Shown one piece after another: positions 1-7,703 of a stretch of 64,000 nucleotides of DNA. The stretch covers positions 2,467-66,466 of the forward strand of contig JAGUZN010000398.1 of NCBI GenBank assembly GCA_020060775.1, written 5' to 3'. The stretch comes from Armatimonadota bacterium. Its GTDB lineage: Bacteria; Armatimonadota; Hebobacteria; CAIYQO01. Positions within the stretch are counted from its first letter, which is position 1, and every line of letters begins with the position of its first letter. The translations under genes were made by a program, and so were the position numbers. Below the pieces are notes generated by a model, which searched no databases, was not told where the DNA came from, and saw only the letters and a list, made by a program, of their open reading frames with translations.

Positions 1-449
1 TGACGGCGACCGTCAACAGTGTGGGCGCGGCCCTGGATGCTGTGAGCGGCTATCCTATGCCGGAAGGCGACCCGGTGCACAATGAAACGCGCGCACAAAC
101 GGCGCGGCTTGATATGCAGATGGAACTGCAGAACGTTCCCCCCGAGCGGATGCCTGAGGCGGTGCACCAGGCGGTGCGCGATGCCGTGCAGCAGGGTGAT
201 GCCGTGACGCTGAATCTTCTCAATGGCCCATGGTTGCGCCGATATTTGCGCTCGCGCGGCATGGGTGAAATGCAAATTCAATCCATTGCCGGCGTGGTTG
301 ATCGGGAACTGTTGCCGGCATTGCCGGATGCACAGCGGAAAGCGCGGTTGAAGCGCGAGAAGGTCAACACCACGCTTAACCATATTGGGCAATCATCGCA
401 GCAGTACGCGCGTCACAAACTCGAAGAGTTGCGCGGCATGAAAATTTAG
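1..449 (+). CDS. Hypothetical protein, 5'-truncated by the window start (frame open from position 3); part of the low-GC island
   Basis: The ORF-track ORF 21..449 continues in frame to the window edge with no stop. No recognisable motifs. Confidence 0.45.
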   Translation, partial: TATVNSVGAALDAVSGYPMPEGDPVHNETRAQTARLDMQMELQNVPPERMPEAVHQAVRDAVQQGDAVTLNLLNGPWLRRYLRSRGMGEMQIQSIAGVVDRELLPALPDAQRKARLKREKVNTTLNHIGQSSQQYARHKLEELRGMKI

Positions 450-528
450 CGGCTCGCGGCCACGAGATCAGCAAGGGGCGGGGCTGGCGAATCGACCCCC
501 ACCCCTCCCCCTTGCTGACATTTATAAC

Positions 529-858
529 ATGATCGGACAGTGTAGTTATGGCAATCGAGGTGATAAGGTGCTAACAACCATTCTAGAGCGCGAGCAGGAT
601 TTAATTGACGAGCTCGTGCACGGTGTAGAGCAGTGCCTGCATATGGTATTCAATAGCCCATGTTATAGCGTAGCAGAGAAGCGGCATAAAGCCTATGGTG
701 CAATTGATGAGATCGCGCGCAACATACAGGCAATCTATGCCAACAACGACAGTAACTATCCTGCAGACAGTGACAACATGGTGGCTGTGTCGGCAGCGAG
801 AGCGCTCGCGGATGCACGCATTGCTAGTCTGCGCGCTGGTGTGGCGTCTCGTCGGTAG
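529..858 (+). CDS. Hypothetical protein (island orphan, lower-GC)
   Basis: 109-aa ORF with the same orientation and tight spacing as the neighbouring island genes. About 48% GC. No known motifs. Confidence 0.35.
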   Translation: MIGQCSYGNRGDKVLTTILEREQDLIDELVHGVEQCLHMVFNSPCYSVAEKRHKAYGAIDEIARNIQAIYANNDSNYPADSDNMVAVSAARALADARIASLRAGVASRR

Positions 859-897
859 TCTATGGGCGAAAAGTGGGAGAGAGAGTAGTTTTTTGCT

Positions 898-2946
898 ATG
901 ACGGACATTGTACGAACCGCAAACGAATTTTATATTGGTGACCTACTCACCAATTACGCCTATCAAACGCAATTCGGCTATGCGATTACGGATATTCCTG
1001 CCGCCAAATTTGAAGAGAAATTGCGGTTTGATGAATATCAGAATGTAAATAACGTCTTCTATTTGCCTGCCATTAATGGCGTCGTATTGATGTTCGATTA
1101 CGAAGCGCAGAACATGCAATTGTCGCAGTTCACTGTTGCGCAAGGCGACTTCAATACTACCAAAATATCTGTTGAGCGCACGCCTGACTCAAATTATATT
1201 CACGCCTACAATGCGAGCGCAAACCATATTACGGATATTACTAGTAATTATTTATTGCCCGCCACTCCCTCATTTCATTTTCAATTCCATCGTATGCCCA
1301 TGACCCCCGCCAATATGGACCCGGCAGACCAAGAATGGCGCTTGTCATTTGGTGGGGGCTATACGTTAATGTGGAAGCGTATGCACGACGGCCCGGAATT
1401 GTACTATAACAATAAGCTTATATCGTCGTATATTGTGGACCTTGAGGATGCCGAAAAATACGCAACAGACTCGGCGTTGTATTGGAAAATATATAACCTT
1501 ATGGGTAGGCTATATATTATCTGTTCGGCTTTTCGTAACCCATGGATCATTGATGATATTGGCGAATTGCCCGCCGCCACATTCCGTGTACAGGGCGCGG
1601 GCGGGGAATATGCGTTTAATTTAACGCCGTATACTTTCGCCACAAGCGGCTATTTTGAAACCGATCTTGTCGAGCATATTTGGAATTATGATAGTGGCGA
1701 TTTAGTGGGAACAGTATTCCCAAGTTTGCCGAGCAATTGCACTGCAACGATCACCGTGGTGGAGGAAGTTGGTACTAGCAAACGCTATCGTGTGGCGTTG
1801 ACGGGGCCGGGCACCACCACGCCGGTTGTACAAGCATTTGAATATTTGTATATGCCGGAATTCTCCACGCCTTCGGCGGTCTGGAAAAATATTACCCCGT
1901 GGGTTTACAAGGACCAGGGCACCGAAACCATGCCCAAGGATTTATCCGCGCGGTCACTCTCAATCAATCTCGTACCAGACAAAATCATTAATGGGCAGAA
2001 TTTATGGGATTTCGTCGGCGGGCTGAACGGCCAATATGCCTTCAAATATAAAATTGGCTATCAATATGCGAATGGTAGTACGGATACCCAGGATAGGATG
2101 CAGGGCGTATTAACCGTTAACGATTACAAATTGGAAGTGAAAAAATTCGGAAGGCTCACATTGACTGCCGTGGATAAGTGGGAACGGTTGGCGGGCACTG
2201 CGCTTTTGTTCGCCCCGAATTTGACCGGCTTGCGCGTGGATGTGGCGATTGCGTTGATCGCCAAATGGGGCGGGATTCCAAGCACTCACATCGCGAGCGA
2301 AGCTATCAATATCTATATTGATGAGCCCGTCACGGATGCCACGCGCATTCCATGGCTTGCGGCGAACGGGACTAGTGCCGGGGATTTCATCCGCCAATTG
2401 GCGACCACGTATGGCGCTGTGGTGGAATTCGACGAGGACGGCGTTTTGCAAATCCGCAACGGCTACAATACAGCTTCGCAGGCGACATATCGATACGATG
2501 AGGGGGCGACACTGGATGAGGCGATTATCAGTGTCGAGGAGCACGAGGATACGCAGGGAGCAAAAAACATTGTCATGGTGGAGGGACAGACGGAAGGCGG
2601 GCGACCATTTTTTGCCACGGTCTACGATATTGAGAGTATTCAGACGAGTGGCGCGGGGGGCTTCCTTGGGCGTCCATCGGTGCATTACGAACGGAAGCCG
2701 GATTGTACGACGGCGGCGAGTGCCAGAGAAGCCGCTATTGCGATTTTCCGGGAAGTAAATCGCGGCTGGCCACGCCGGACAATACGCTCAAAAATTGGCG
2801 ATTTATGGAAAGCCTGGCCGAATCAATATATCACATTGATTAATACGGCTGGGCATGGCACGGAAGATGTATTGATCACAGAAATTACCGGCAAACTTGG
2901 GGCTGTGATTAACGAGCATACGGCAACCGGCGAAGTGCGGGGATAG
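898..2946 (+). CDS. Large orphan protein (682 aa), phage structural / tail- or host-specificity-like candidate
   Basis: Uninterrupted 2 kb ORF preceded by a GGGAGAGAGAG SD. Its GC content is much lower than the core genome. It sits in an island with an excisionase-family gene and an att-like tRNA fragment. No catalytic motifs recognised. Confidence 0.6.
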   Translation: MTDIVRTANEFYIGDLLTNYAYQTQFGYAITDIPAAKFEEKLRFDEYQNVNNVFYLPAINGVVLMFDYEAQNMQLSQFTVAQGDFNTTKISVERTPDSNYIHAYNASANHITDITSNYLLPATPSFHFQFHRMPMTPANMDPADQEWRLSFGGGYTLMWKRMHDGPELYYNNKLISSYIVDLEDAEKYATDSALYWKIYNLMGRLYIICSAFRNPWIIDDIGELPAATFRVQGAGGEYAFNLTPYTFATSGYFETDLVEHIWNYDSGDLVGTVFPSLPSNCTATITVVEEVGTSKRYRVALTGPGTTTPVVQAFEYLYMPEFSTPSAVWKNITPWVYKDQGTETMPKDLSARSLSINLVPDKIINGQNLWDFVGGLNGQYAFKYKIGYQYANGSTDTQDRMQGVLTVNDYKLEVKKFGRLTLTAVDKWERLAGTALLFAPNLTGLRVDVAIALIAKWGGIPSTHIASEAINIYIDEPVTDATRIPWLAANGTSAGDFIRQLATTYGAVVEFDEDGVLQIRNGYNTASQATYRYDEGATLDEAIISVEEHEDTQGAKNIVMVEGQTEGGRPFFATVYDIESIQTSGAGGFLGRPSVHYERKPDCTTAASAREAAIAIFREVNRGWPRRTIRSKIGDLWKAWPNQYITLINTAGHGTEDVLITEITGKLGAVINEHTATGEVRG

Positions 2947-3047
2947 TTGTTGCACAGTGGCGTCGTCGTCGGGGCGGGGCTGTCTACACCTCCAGCCTTT
3001 CGGTCTAGGTTGATCGACCCCGACGGCGGCCCTTACACCAGCAATAA

Positions 3048-3710
3048 ATGCCAATAGGGGATGGGAATATGCCACAATGCAAAACCTGCGTACACCCACA
3101 GCGGGAGGAGATCGAAAGCAAACTAGCATCCGGCATGAGCGCGGGCGCGGTGGCGCGGCAATATCCGGGGGTGACGCGCGCGCAGATCAAACATCATTAT
3201 GACGTACACGTCCGATTGATGCCTCCACCCGTGCAAACGACGGCGGCGAGCGAGCAGGATACTCCTGTTGCCGGCCTGGATGATTTACCCACCCCCTGCC
3301 CGGTATGCGTGCATCCCCGGCTGGAACTCATTGATGAATTATTGATAGCGGGATGCGGCCTTGTCGCGGTTGCTCAAGTCGCCGGTCGGGGCGTCACGGC
3401 GAAGCACCTGAGAAAACACCGGAGGGAGTGCCTGGCAGGTGAGCAGCCCCCGGTTGAAACAGTAAGTTATCACAAGAAGGCGCGCCTGCTGGCCGAGGTG
3501 ATCGAGCGGCTTGCCGGGCGCATGATCGAGCGCGAGCCCCGATTTTCTCTTTTCGATGCCATGGCGGCCTGTCGCCTGGCTGAGTCTGAATTACGCATAT
3601 TGGCGGTTGGGGAGGCGCGCGTTGGATACCCGCGGCGGCAGGATTTTCACCGGCAGGGAGGCGTGGTGTTGGGCGGGGATGACAGGTCATCGGTATATTC
3701 GATTTTCTAG
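3048..3710 (+). CDS. Duplicated CxxC zinc-ribbon + HTH-like module protein (putative DNA-binding regulator)
   Basis: Two internal repeats of about 45 aa. The first begins CKTCVHP and ends with a G-V-T-x-x-x-I-K-H-H stretch. The second begins CPVCVHP and ends with a G-V-T-x-x-x-L-R-K-H stretch. GC-rich, unlike its flanking genes. Confidence 0.5.
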   Translation: MPIGDGNMPQCKTCVHPQREEIESKLASGMSAGAVARQYPGVTRAQIKHHYDVHVRLMPPPVQTTAASEQDTPVAGLDDLPTPCPVCVHPRLELIDELLIAGCGLVAVAQVAGRGVTAKHLRKHRRECLAGEQPPVETVSYHKKARLLAEVIERLAGRMIEREPRFSLFDAMAACRLAESELRILAVGEARVGYPRRQDFHRQGGVVLGGDDRSSVYSIF

Positions 3711-3776
3711 GGGTTGACAAGGTATTTACGCTATGTTATGATACCTTTCGATAACTTATGTAAGCGAGAGGATGCC

Positions 3777-3956
3777 ATGTCAGACAACGACGTGATGACT
3801 TTTGAGGAGGCGATGAAGCTTCTCAAGGTGAGCAGCACCACACTCTACCGCATGGTAAACGACGGGAGAATACCGGCTCGTAAAATCGGGCGGCAATGGC
3901 GCTTCTCGCGCCGGGTGTTGATGGAGTGGCTAGAGAGTGGTGAAAGCCATGGGTAG
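3777..3956 (+). CDS. Excisionase-family helix-turn-helix DNA-binding protein (Xis/MerR-like, about 59 aa)
   Basis: Sequence MSDNDVMTFEEAMKLLKVSSTTLYRMVNDGRIPARKIGRQWRFSRRVLMEWL matches the excisionase/HTH_17 pattern (hydrophobic-S-x-x-T-hydrophobic-Y then G-x-hydrophobic-P-x-x-K-hydrophobic-G-x-x-W-R-F). The ORF-track TTG start at 3714 is probably too far upstream. Confidence 0.6.
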   Translation: MSDNDVMTFEEAMKLLKVSSTTLYRMVNDGRIPARKIGRQWRFSRRVLMEWLESGESHG

Positions 3957-4524
3957 TAGCTGTCCGCTCGATATGTCGCTAATCCCCGAGGTGTTCCGTG
4001 AAGGAGCGGAACAAGCATGGATGCAACGCGATGTCGCCCAAATACTATGCTACATTGACAACCTAGATTGCTTGGCCTTCGTGGTTGACAACCTTCGCTC
4101 CCTAAAAATAGCTGGCCTTTACGAAGAGGCACTACTAGACGCCTATTTTATTACCCGAGTGAATCACCACAGATGGGAGCTAGGTGCTTTACAAATGATA
4201 TTTGAGGTGGCAGACCGCAAGGTAATGCTCGGCCTTTGTGAAGACATTCCGACACCTCTACCCTGTACAATTTATCGTGGTGTATCCGGCAGGGGGCGCA
4301 ACCGACGGGTTAGAGGGTTGTCATGGACACTCGACTTTGAGCAAGCTAAGTGGTTTGCCACACGGTATAAAGAACTGCCTTCCCCTGCGGTGTATCAGTA
4401 CACTGTGAAGGATGATCGTTATATCTATGCATATAGCAATGATCGGCAAGAGCAGGAGGTGGTGTGTCTGTTGCCACGTCATGCGAAGCCAAAGTTGGTA
4501 TGGGGGACAGACTCGAAGAGATAA
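3937..4524 (+). CDS. Hypothetical protein (195 aa), AT-rich insert within the island
   Basis: ORF with about 48% GC flanked by about 60% GC ORFs. GTG start overlaps the excisionase stop. No confident family assignment. Confidence 0.45.
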   Translation: MVKAMGSSCPLDMSLIPEVFREGAEQAWMQRDVAQILCYIDNLDCLAFVVDNLRSLKIAGLYEEALLDAYFITRVNHHRWELGALQMIFEVADRKVMLGLCEDIPTPLPCTIYRGVSGRGRNRRVRGLSWTLDFEQAKWFATRYKELPSPAVYQYTVKDDRYIYAYSNDRQEQEVVCLLPRHAKPKLVWGTDSKR

Positions 4525-4604
4525 CCGAATAATACGCAGTAGGGGCAGGATGCTACCAACACCCCACCCCTGCGGCCACACTGACAACCAAAGGAGAAAA
4601 CAGC

Positions 4605-4907
4605 ATGACCGAGAACATTGTATCACGCACGAACCTGGACCGCGAACTCACGAACCGGCCCACAGCACCGGGCGACGAATGGCGGCGCGGCGTAGCCCTG
4701 GCGCTCACGGATGCACGGGATGAGATTCAAGACCTGATTAACATGGTCACACTTGAATCCACTGACCATGGTTCCGGCACGCGCGAGCACCCTGGGCGCA
4801 CGGACATTGGCGCATACTACAACGGGATAACCGTTGCCATCGGCCTGCTTGCCGAAGTGGCGAGCACGAAGTTTAATATTGTTGGGCCCCACAAGGGGAA
4901 TGACTAA
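4605..4907 (+). CDS. Hypothetical protein (100 aa)
   Basis: ATG preceded by an AAAGGAGAAAA SD at the right spacing. Co-directional island gene. Confidence 0.4.
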   Translation: MTENIVSRTNLDRELTNRPTAPGDEWRRGVALALTDARDEIQDLINMVTLESTDHGSGTREHPGRTDIGAYYNGITVAIGLLAEVASTKFNIVGPHKGND

Positions 4908-4957
4908 CGGCAATCCTGCCGCACGACCAAGGGGAGGGAGAATAGGACAAACTAGAG

Positions 4958-5263
4958 GTGACTAGTTGTATTACCAGTGAGCGCAGCGTCGTGTACGTGA
5001 TGCCTCCCCATATCGCGCGCCAATTCGATGCCCGTGTATTAGCGGATGAGGAATATTTCCAAACTCATGCTAATACATGGGCATTTTGTCGCCCGGTCGA
5101 ATTGTGCGACACCTGGCCCGCGTACCCCGTGGACCCGGAAGGCGTCATGGTGCGCGTTACGCAGTGGGCGGGCGGGCAATATCGGCGCGAGGTGTTCCGG
5201 CAAGGGGGCGGGGAGGTAGTCATGCGCCATATTGGTCATGGCGGGTGTTCTATGGTAGAGTGA
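4958..5263 (+). CDS. Hypothetical protein (101 aa)
   Basis: ORF following a GGGGAGGGAG SD. Start codon uncertain (GTG at 4958 or ATG about 5000). Confidence 0.35.
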   Translation: MTSCITSERSVVYVMPPHIARQFDARVLADEEYFQTHANTWAFCRPVELCDTWPAYPVDPEGVMVRVTQWAGGQYRREVFRQGGGEVVMRHIGHGGCSMVE

Positions 5264-5310
5264 CGCGGCAGGGATTCCCCTTCCCAAACTAGCGAAAGGT
5301 AGCCTATACC

Positions 5311-5490
5311 ATGCCGATTCAGTTTGCCTCAGACGAAGAGCGCGAGGATTTCTACCAGCGACAAATGCGCGTGATTCGACCATACGTAGATGAATTCATG
5401 GAAGATTTCCGCGCGGGCAAGGTGGATGAGAACTACCGGTTTTCCGAGCGAGAGCACGCGCAACCGAAACCGCCAACGCATGAGAAGTAG
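5311..5490 (+). CDS. Small hypothetical protein (59 aa, below the ORF-track cutoff)
   Basis: ATG at 5311 preceded by an AAAGGTAG SD. Encodes MPIQFASDEEREDFYQRQMRVIRPYVDEFMEDFRAGKVDENYRFSEREHAQPKPPTHEK and is co-directional with the island genes. Confidence 0.25.
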   Translation: MPIQFASDEEREDFYQRQMRVIRPYVDEFMEDFRAGKVDENYRFSEREHAQPKPPTHEK

Positions 5491-5539
5491 CCCCGGCGTG
5501 CGGTGGGTGAGCATTTAGCCCGCAGTGCTCCTAGCCCTC

Positions 5540-5568
5540 TTGACGCCTGTGTGTGCGTCTTGTAGAGT
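5540..5568 (+). promoter_or_regulatory. Sigma70-like promoter (TTGACG, 17 nt spacer, TAGAGT) reading into the repeat / tRNA-fragment region
   Basis: Hexamers with a 17-nt spacer read directly from the sequence. Confidence 0.3.
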
Positions 5569-5595
5569 AGCCCCGGAGGTTCGAGCGCGGCGAAA

Positions 5596-5693
5596 AATCG
5601 TTAGGTCTAAAGGGGTATCATCGACAATCGTTAGGTCTATTTGAGCGTGAAAATATGGTAGTGGTAGAGCAAACGGCTCATAATCGTTAGGTC
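5596..5693 (+). repeat. Three direct copies of AATCGTTAGGTC(T) (about 5596-5608, 5626-5638, 5682-5693); the third copy is the anticodon-stem/variable-loop segment of the tRNA fragment
   Basis: Exact 12-13 nt repeats spaced about 30 and 56 nt apart. Candidate integrase arm-type or duplicated core sites. Confidence 0.5.
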
Positions 5694-5721
5694 ACTGGTT
5701 CGAATCCAGTCGCTGCCACCA
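5660..5721 (+). tRNA. 3' fragment (D-loop to CCA) of an elongator-type tRNA-Met(CAU); no 5' acceptor strand or D-stem partner, so this is not a complete gene. Likely the attR core copy
   Basis: D-loop AGTGGTAGAGC. Anticodon arm AACGG-CTCATAA-TCGTT (U33, CAT, A37). Variable loop AGGTC. T-arm ACTGG-TTCGAAT-CCAGT. Acceptor 3' strand CGCTGCC-A-CCA. The complementary GGCAGCG is absent upstream. Confidence 0.55.
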
Positions 5722-5731
5722 CCCAGATTTT

Positions 5732-5764
5732 GCCCGGAGTCCGCGAGACTCCGGGCTTTTTATT
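5732..5764 (+). terminator. Rho-independent terminator (10-bp GC stem GCCCGGAGTC/GACTCCGGGC, 5-nt loop, TTTTTATT)
   Basis: Perfect inverted repeat followed by a T-run immediately after the tRNA fragment. Confidence 0.6.
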
Positions 5765-5785
5765 CAGCACCCCGGCCCGCTGCCG

Positions 5786-7507
5786 TTAGAGTTCGAGGAT
5801 GACAGGGATGACCATGGGACGGCGGCGCGTGCGTTCATACACAAACCGGTTGAGCGCGGTGCGCACGGCTGACTTGGCAGATTCCCAATCCGTGCTGCTG
5901 TCGACGCTCAGTTCACGCACAGTGTTCACGACCACCGTTTTCGCATCCTCAATAAGCGCTTCCGCTTCCTGTACGTAGACGAATCCCCGCGTAATGATAT
6001 CCGGACCGGCCACCACCTCGCCGGTTTGCGAGTCGATGCCGGCCACGGCGATGAGGATGCCATCCTGTGAGAGGTGTTTGCGGTCGCGCAGCACCACGGT
6101 GCCGATGTCCCCCACCCCCAGGCCATCGATCATCACGCGCCCGGCCTGCACCTGGCCAATGACCTGCGCGCCATCAGCGGTCATCTCCAGCACATCGCCG
6201 GAATGGAGTAAGTAGATGTGATCATCGGCATACCCCATGCTCTGCGCCAGATTGCGGAACTGTACGAGGTGTCGGAATTCGCCGTGCATGGGAATGAGGA
6301 ATTGCGGCGACGTGAGCGTGAGCATCATCTTCAACTCTTCTTCGTTCCCATGCCCCGACACGTGCACCTGATCGTGGCCCTGATAGATGACATTCGCGCC
6401 AGTGCGGAAGAGCTGGTTGATGGTGCGATACACAAGATCCTCATTCCCCGGGATCGGGGTGGCGGAAATGACCACGAGGTCGCCCTGACTGAGTTTGATG
6501 AACTTATGCTCGCCAGCTGACATCAGCCGCAACGCGGAGAGCGGTTCACCCTGGCTGCCGGTGGTGAGCACGGTGACCGCTTCAGGCGGATAGGATGCCA
6601 CCTGATCCGGCTCGATGAGGATATCCGGATAGGGAAGTTGGATGAACCCAAGCTGGCGTGCGACATCCATATTGCCGCGCATGCTGCGCCCGATCACACA
6701 GACACGGCGGTGGTTGCGCGCGGAAACATTCAGCACTTCCTGCATCCGGGCGATATTTGACGCAAAGCAGGCGACGATCACGCGTCCGGTAGCATCGGCA
6801 AATAATTCGTCGTAGCTTGCGGCCACTTCACGTTCAGACGGCACCCACCCGGCACGCTCGACATTAGTTACGTCGGTCATCAACGCCAGCACGCCGGTGG
6901 ACGCGGCATGCACGAGCTTATGCACCTCGGTGCGTTGCCCCAGCAGCGGTGTCTGATCGAACTTGAAATCGCCGGTGTGGACGACGCGTCCGGCCGGCGT
7001 GTCGATGATCATCCCCACCCCATCGGGAATGCTGTGCGTCACGCGGAAGAAAGCGATGGTGAACGGCCCCAACTCCAGTGTGGCATCGGGATCGATCTCA
7101 TGCAATTGCACCGGAGGGAGATACGGATGCTCGGCAAGCTTGTTGCGCACGAGTCCGAGTGTCAAACGCGTCCCCCACACCGGAAGATCCAGCTCATTGA
7201 GCACCCAGGGCAGCGCGCCGACGTGGTCTTCGTGACCATGGGTTAAGATGATGCCGTGCACGCGTTCCGCATTCTCGAGCAGAAACGTGATATCGGGGAT
7301 GACCAGGTCGATGCCCAGCATTTCCTGTTCGGGGAAGAGGAGTCCGCAGTCGATGACGATGATTTCACCGCCATACTCATACGCGAACATATTTTTCCCT
7401 ATTTCACCGATTCCCCCGAGTGGAATGAAGCGCAATGCCTCGGGATTCGTGGCAAAGGATGGTTTGGCATCCTGGGGCTCGACACCCTGACCAATCGGTT
7501 CTTCCAA
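5786..7507 (-). CDS. rnj: Ribonuclease J (metallo-beta-lactamase / beta-CASP family)
   Basis: HGHEDH zinc motif and beta-CASP region. Length and architecture are typical of RNase J. Confidence 0.9.
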   Translation of the reverse strand: MEEPIGQGVEPQDAKPSFATNPEALRFIPLGGIGEIGKNMFAYEYGGEIIVIDCGLLFPEQEMLGIDLVIPDITFLLENAERVHGIILTHGHEDHVGALPWVLNELDLPVWGTRLTLGLVRNKLAEHPYLPPVQLHEIDPDATLELGPFTIAFFRVTHSIPDGVGMIIDTPAGRVVHTGDFKFDQTPLLGQRTEVHKLVHAASTGVLALMTDVTNVERAGWVPSEREVAASYDELFADATGRVIVACFASNIARMQEVLNVSARNHRRVCVIGRSMRGNMDVARQLGFIQLPYPDILIEPDQVASYPPEAVTVLTTGSQGEPLSALRLMSAGEHKFIKLSQGDLVVISATPIPGNEDLVYRTINQLFRTGANVIYQGHDQVHVSGHGNEEELKMMLTLTSPQFLIPMHGEFRHLVQFRNLAQSMGYADDHIYLLHSGDVLEMTADGAQVIGQVQAGRVMIDGLGVGDIGTVVLRDRKHLSQDGILIAVAGIDSQTGEVVAGPDIITRGFVYVQEAEALIEDAKTVVVNTVRELSVDSSTDWESAKSAVRTALNRFVYERTRRRPMVIPVILEL

Positions 7508-7634
7508 TTTACACCTCGGTTACCGGATCATCCGGTTACATTGTTCATTTTAAATCAATATAGTAATTCGTGGCATCACCGCTCAATCCTTCACCGAGCG
7601 CAACTTCGTGCTTATACAGCGATGTTTTACCCCG

Positions 7635-7671
7635 TTGACAAGTGGCAGGGTGAGGGAAATTGCAGTATAAT
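7635..7671 (+). promoter_or_regulatory. Possible gatB promoter elements (TTGACA ... TATAAT) in the rnj-gatB divergent region
   Basis: Perfect hexamers, but the spacing is about 25 nt, which is too long for canonical sigma70. Low confidence. Confidence 0.2.
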
Positions 7672-7703
7672 GCAACGGATTTTGGACAGGGAAGGTACTC
7701 TGC

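Larger units (their letters stand above)
1..5721 (+). mobile_element. Right-hand portion of a putative integrated element (prophage remnant or integrative island) ending at an att-like tRNA-Met fragment
   Basis: Lower and mosaic GC content. All genes are co-directional orphans. A phage-structural-like large ORF, an excisionase-family HTH gene and a terminal partial tRNA copy are present. The integrase and the other end are not in the window. Confidence 0.45.

Noticed and set aside
2110-2685. 191-aa minus-strand ORF inside the island
   Set aside because: Antisense to the 682-aa ORF. No SD. Arg-rich.
5640-5721. A complete tRNA gene (or tmRNA) at the island boundary
   Set aside because: No sequence complementary to the acceptor 3' strand CGCTGCC exists upstream. 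The D-stem 5' partner is missing (TGGT instead of GCTC). The presence of an anticodon arm argues against a tmRNA tRNA-like domain. Called a fragment instead.
7635-7671. Canonical sigma70 promoter for gatB from the perfect TTGACA and TATAAT hexamers
   Set aside because: The hexamers are about 25 nt apart, too far for a standard promoter. Kept only as a low-confidence regulatory note.
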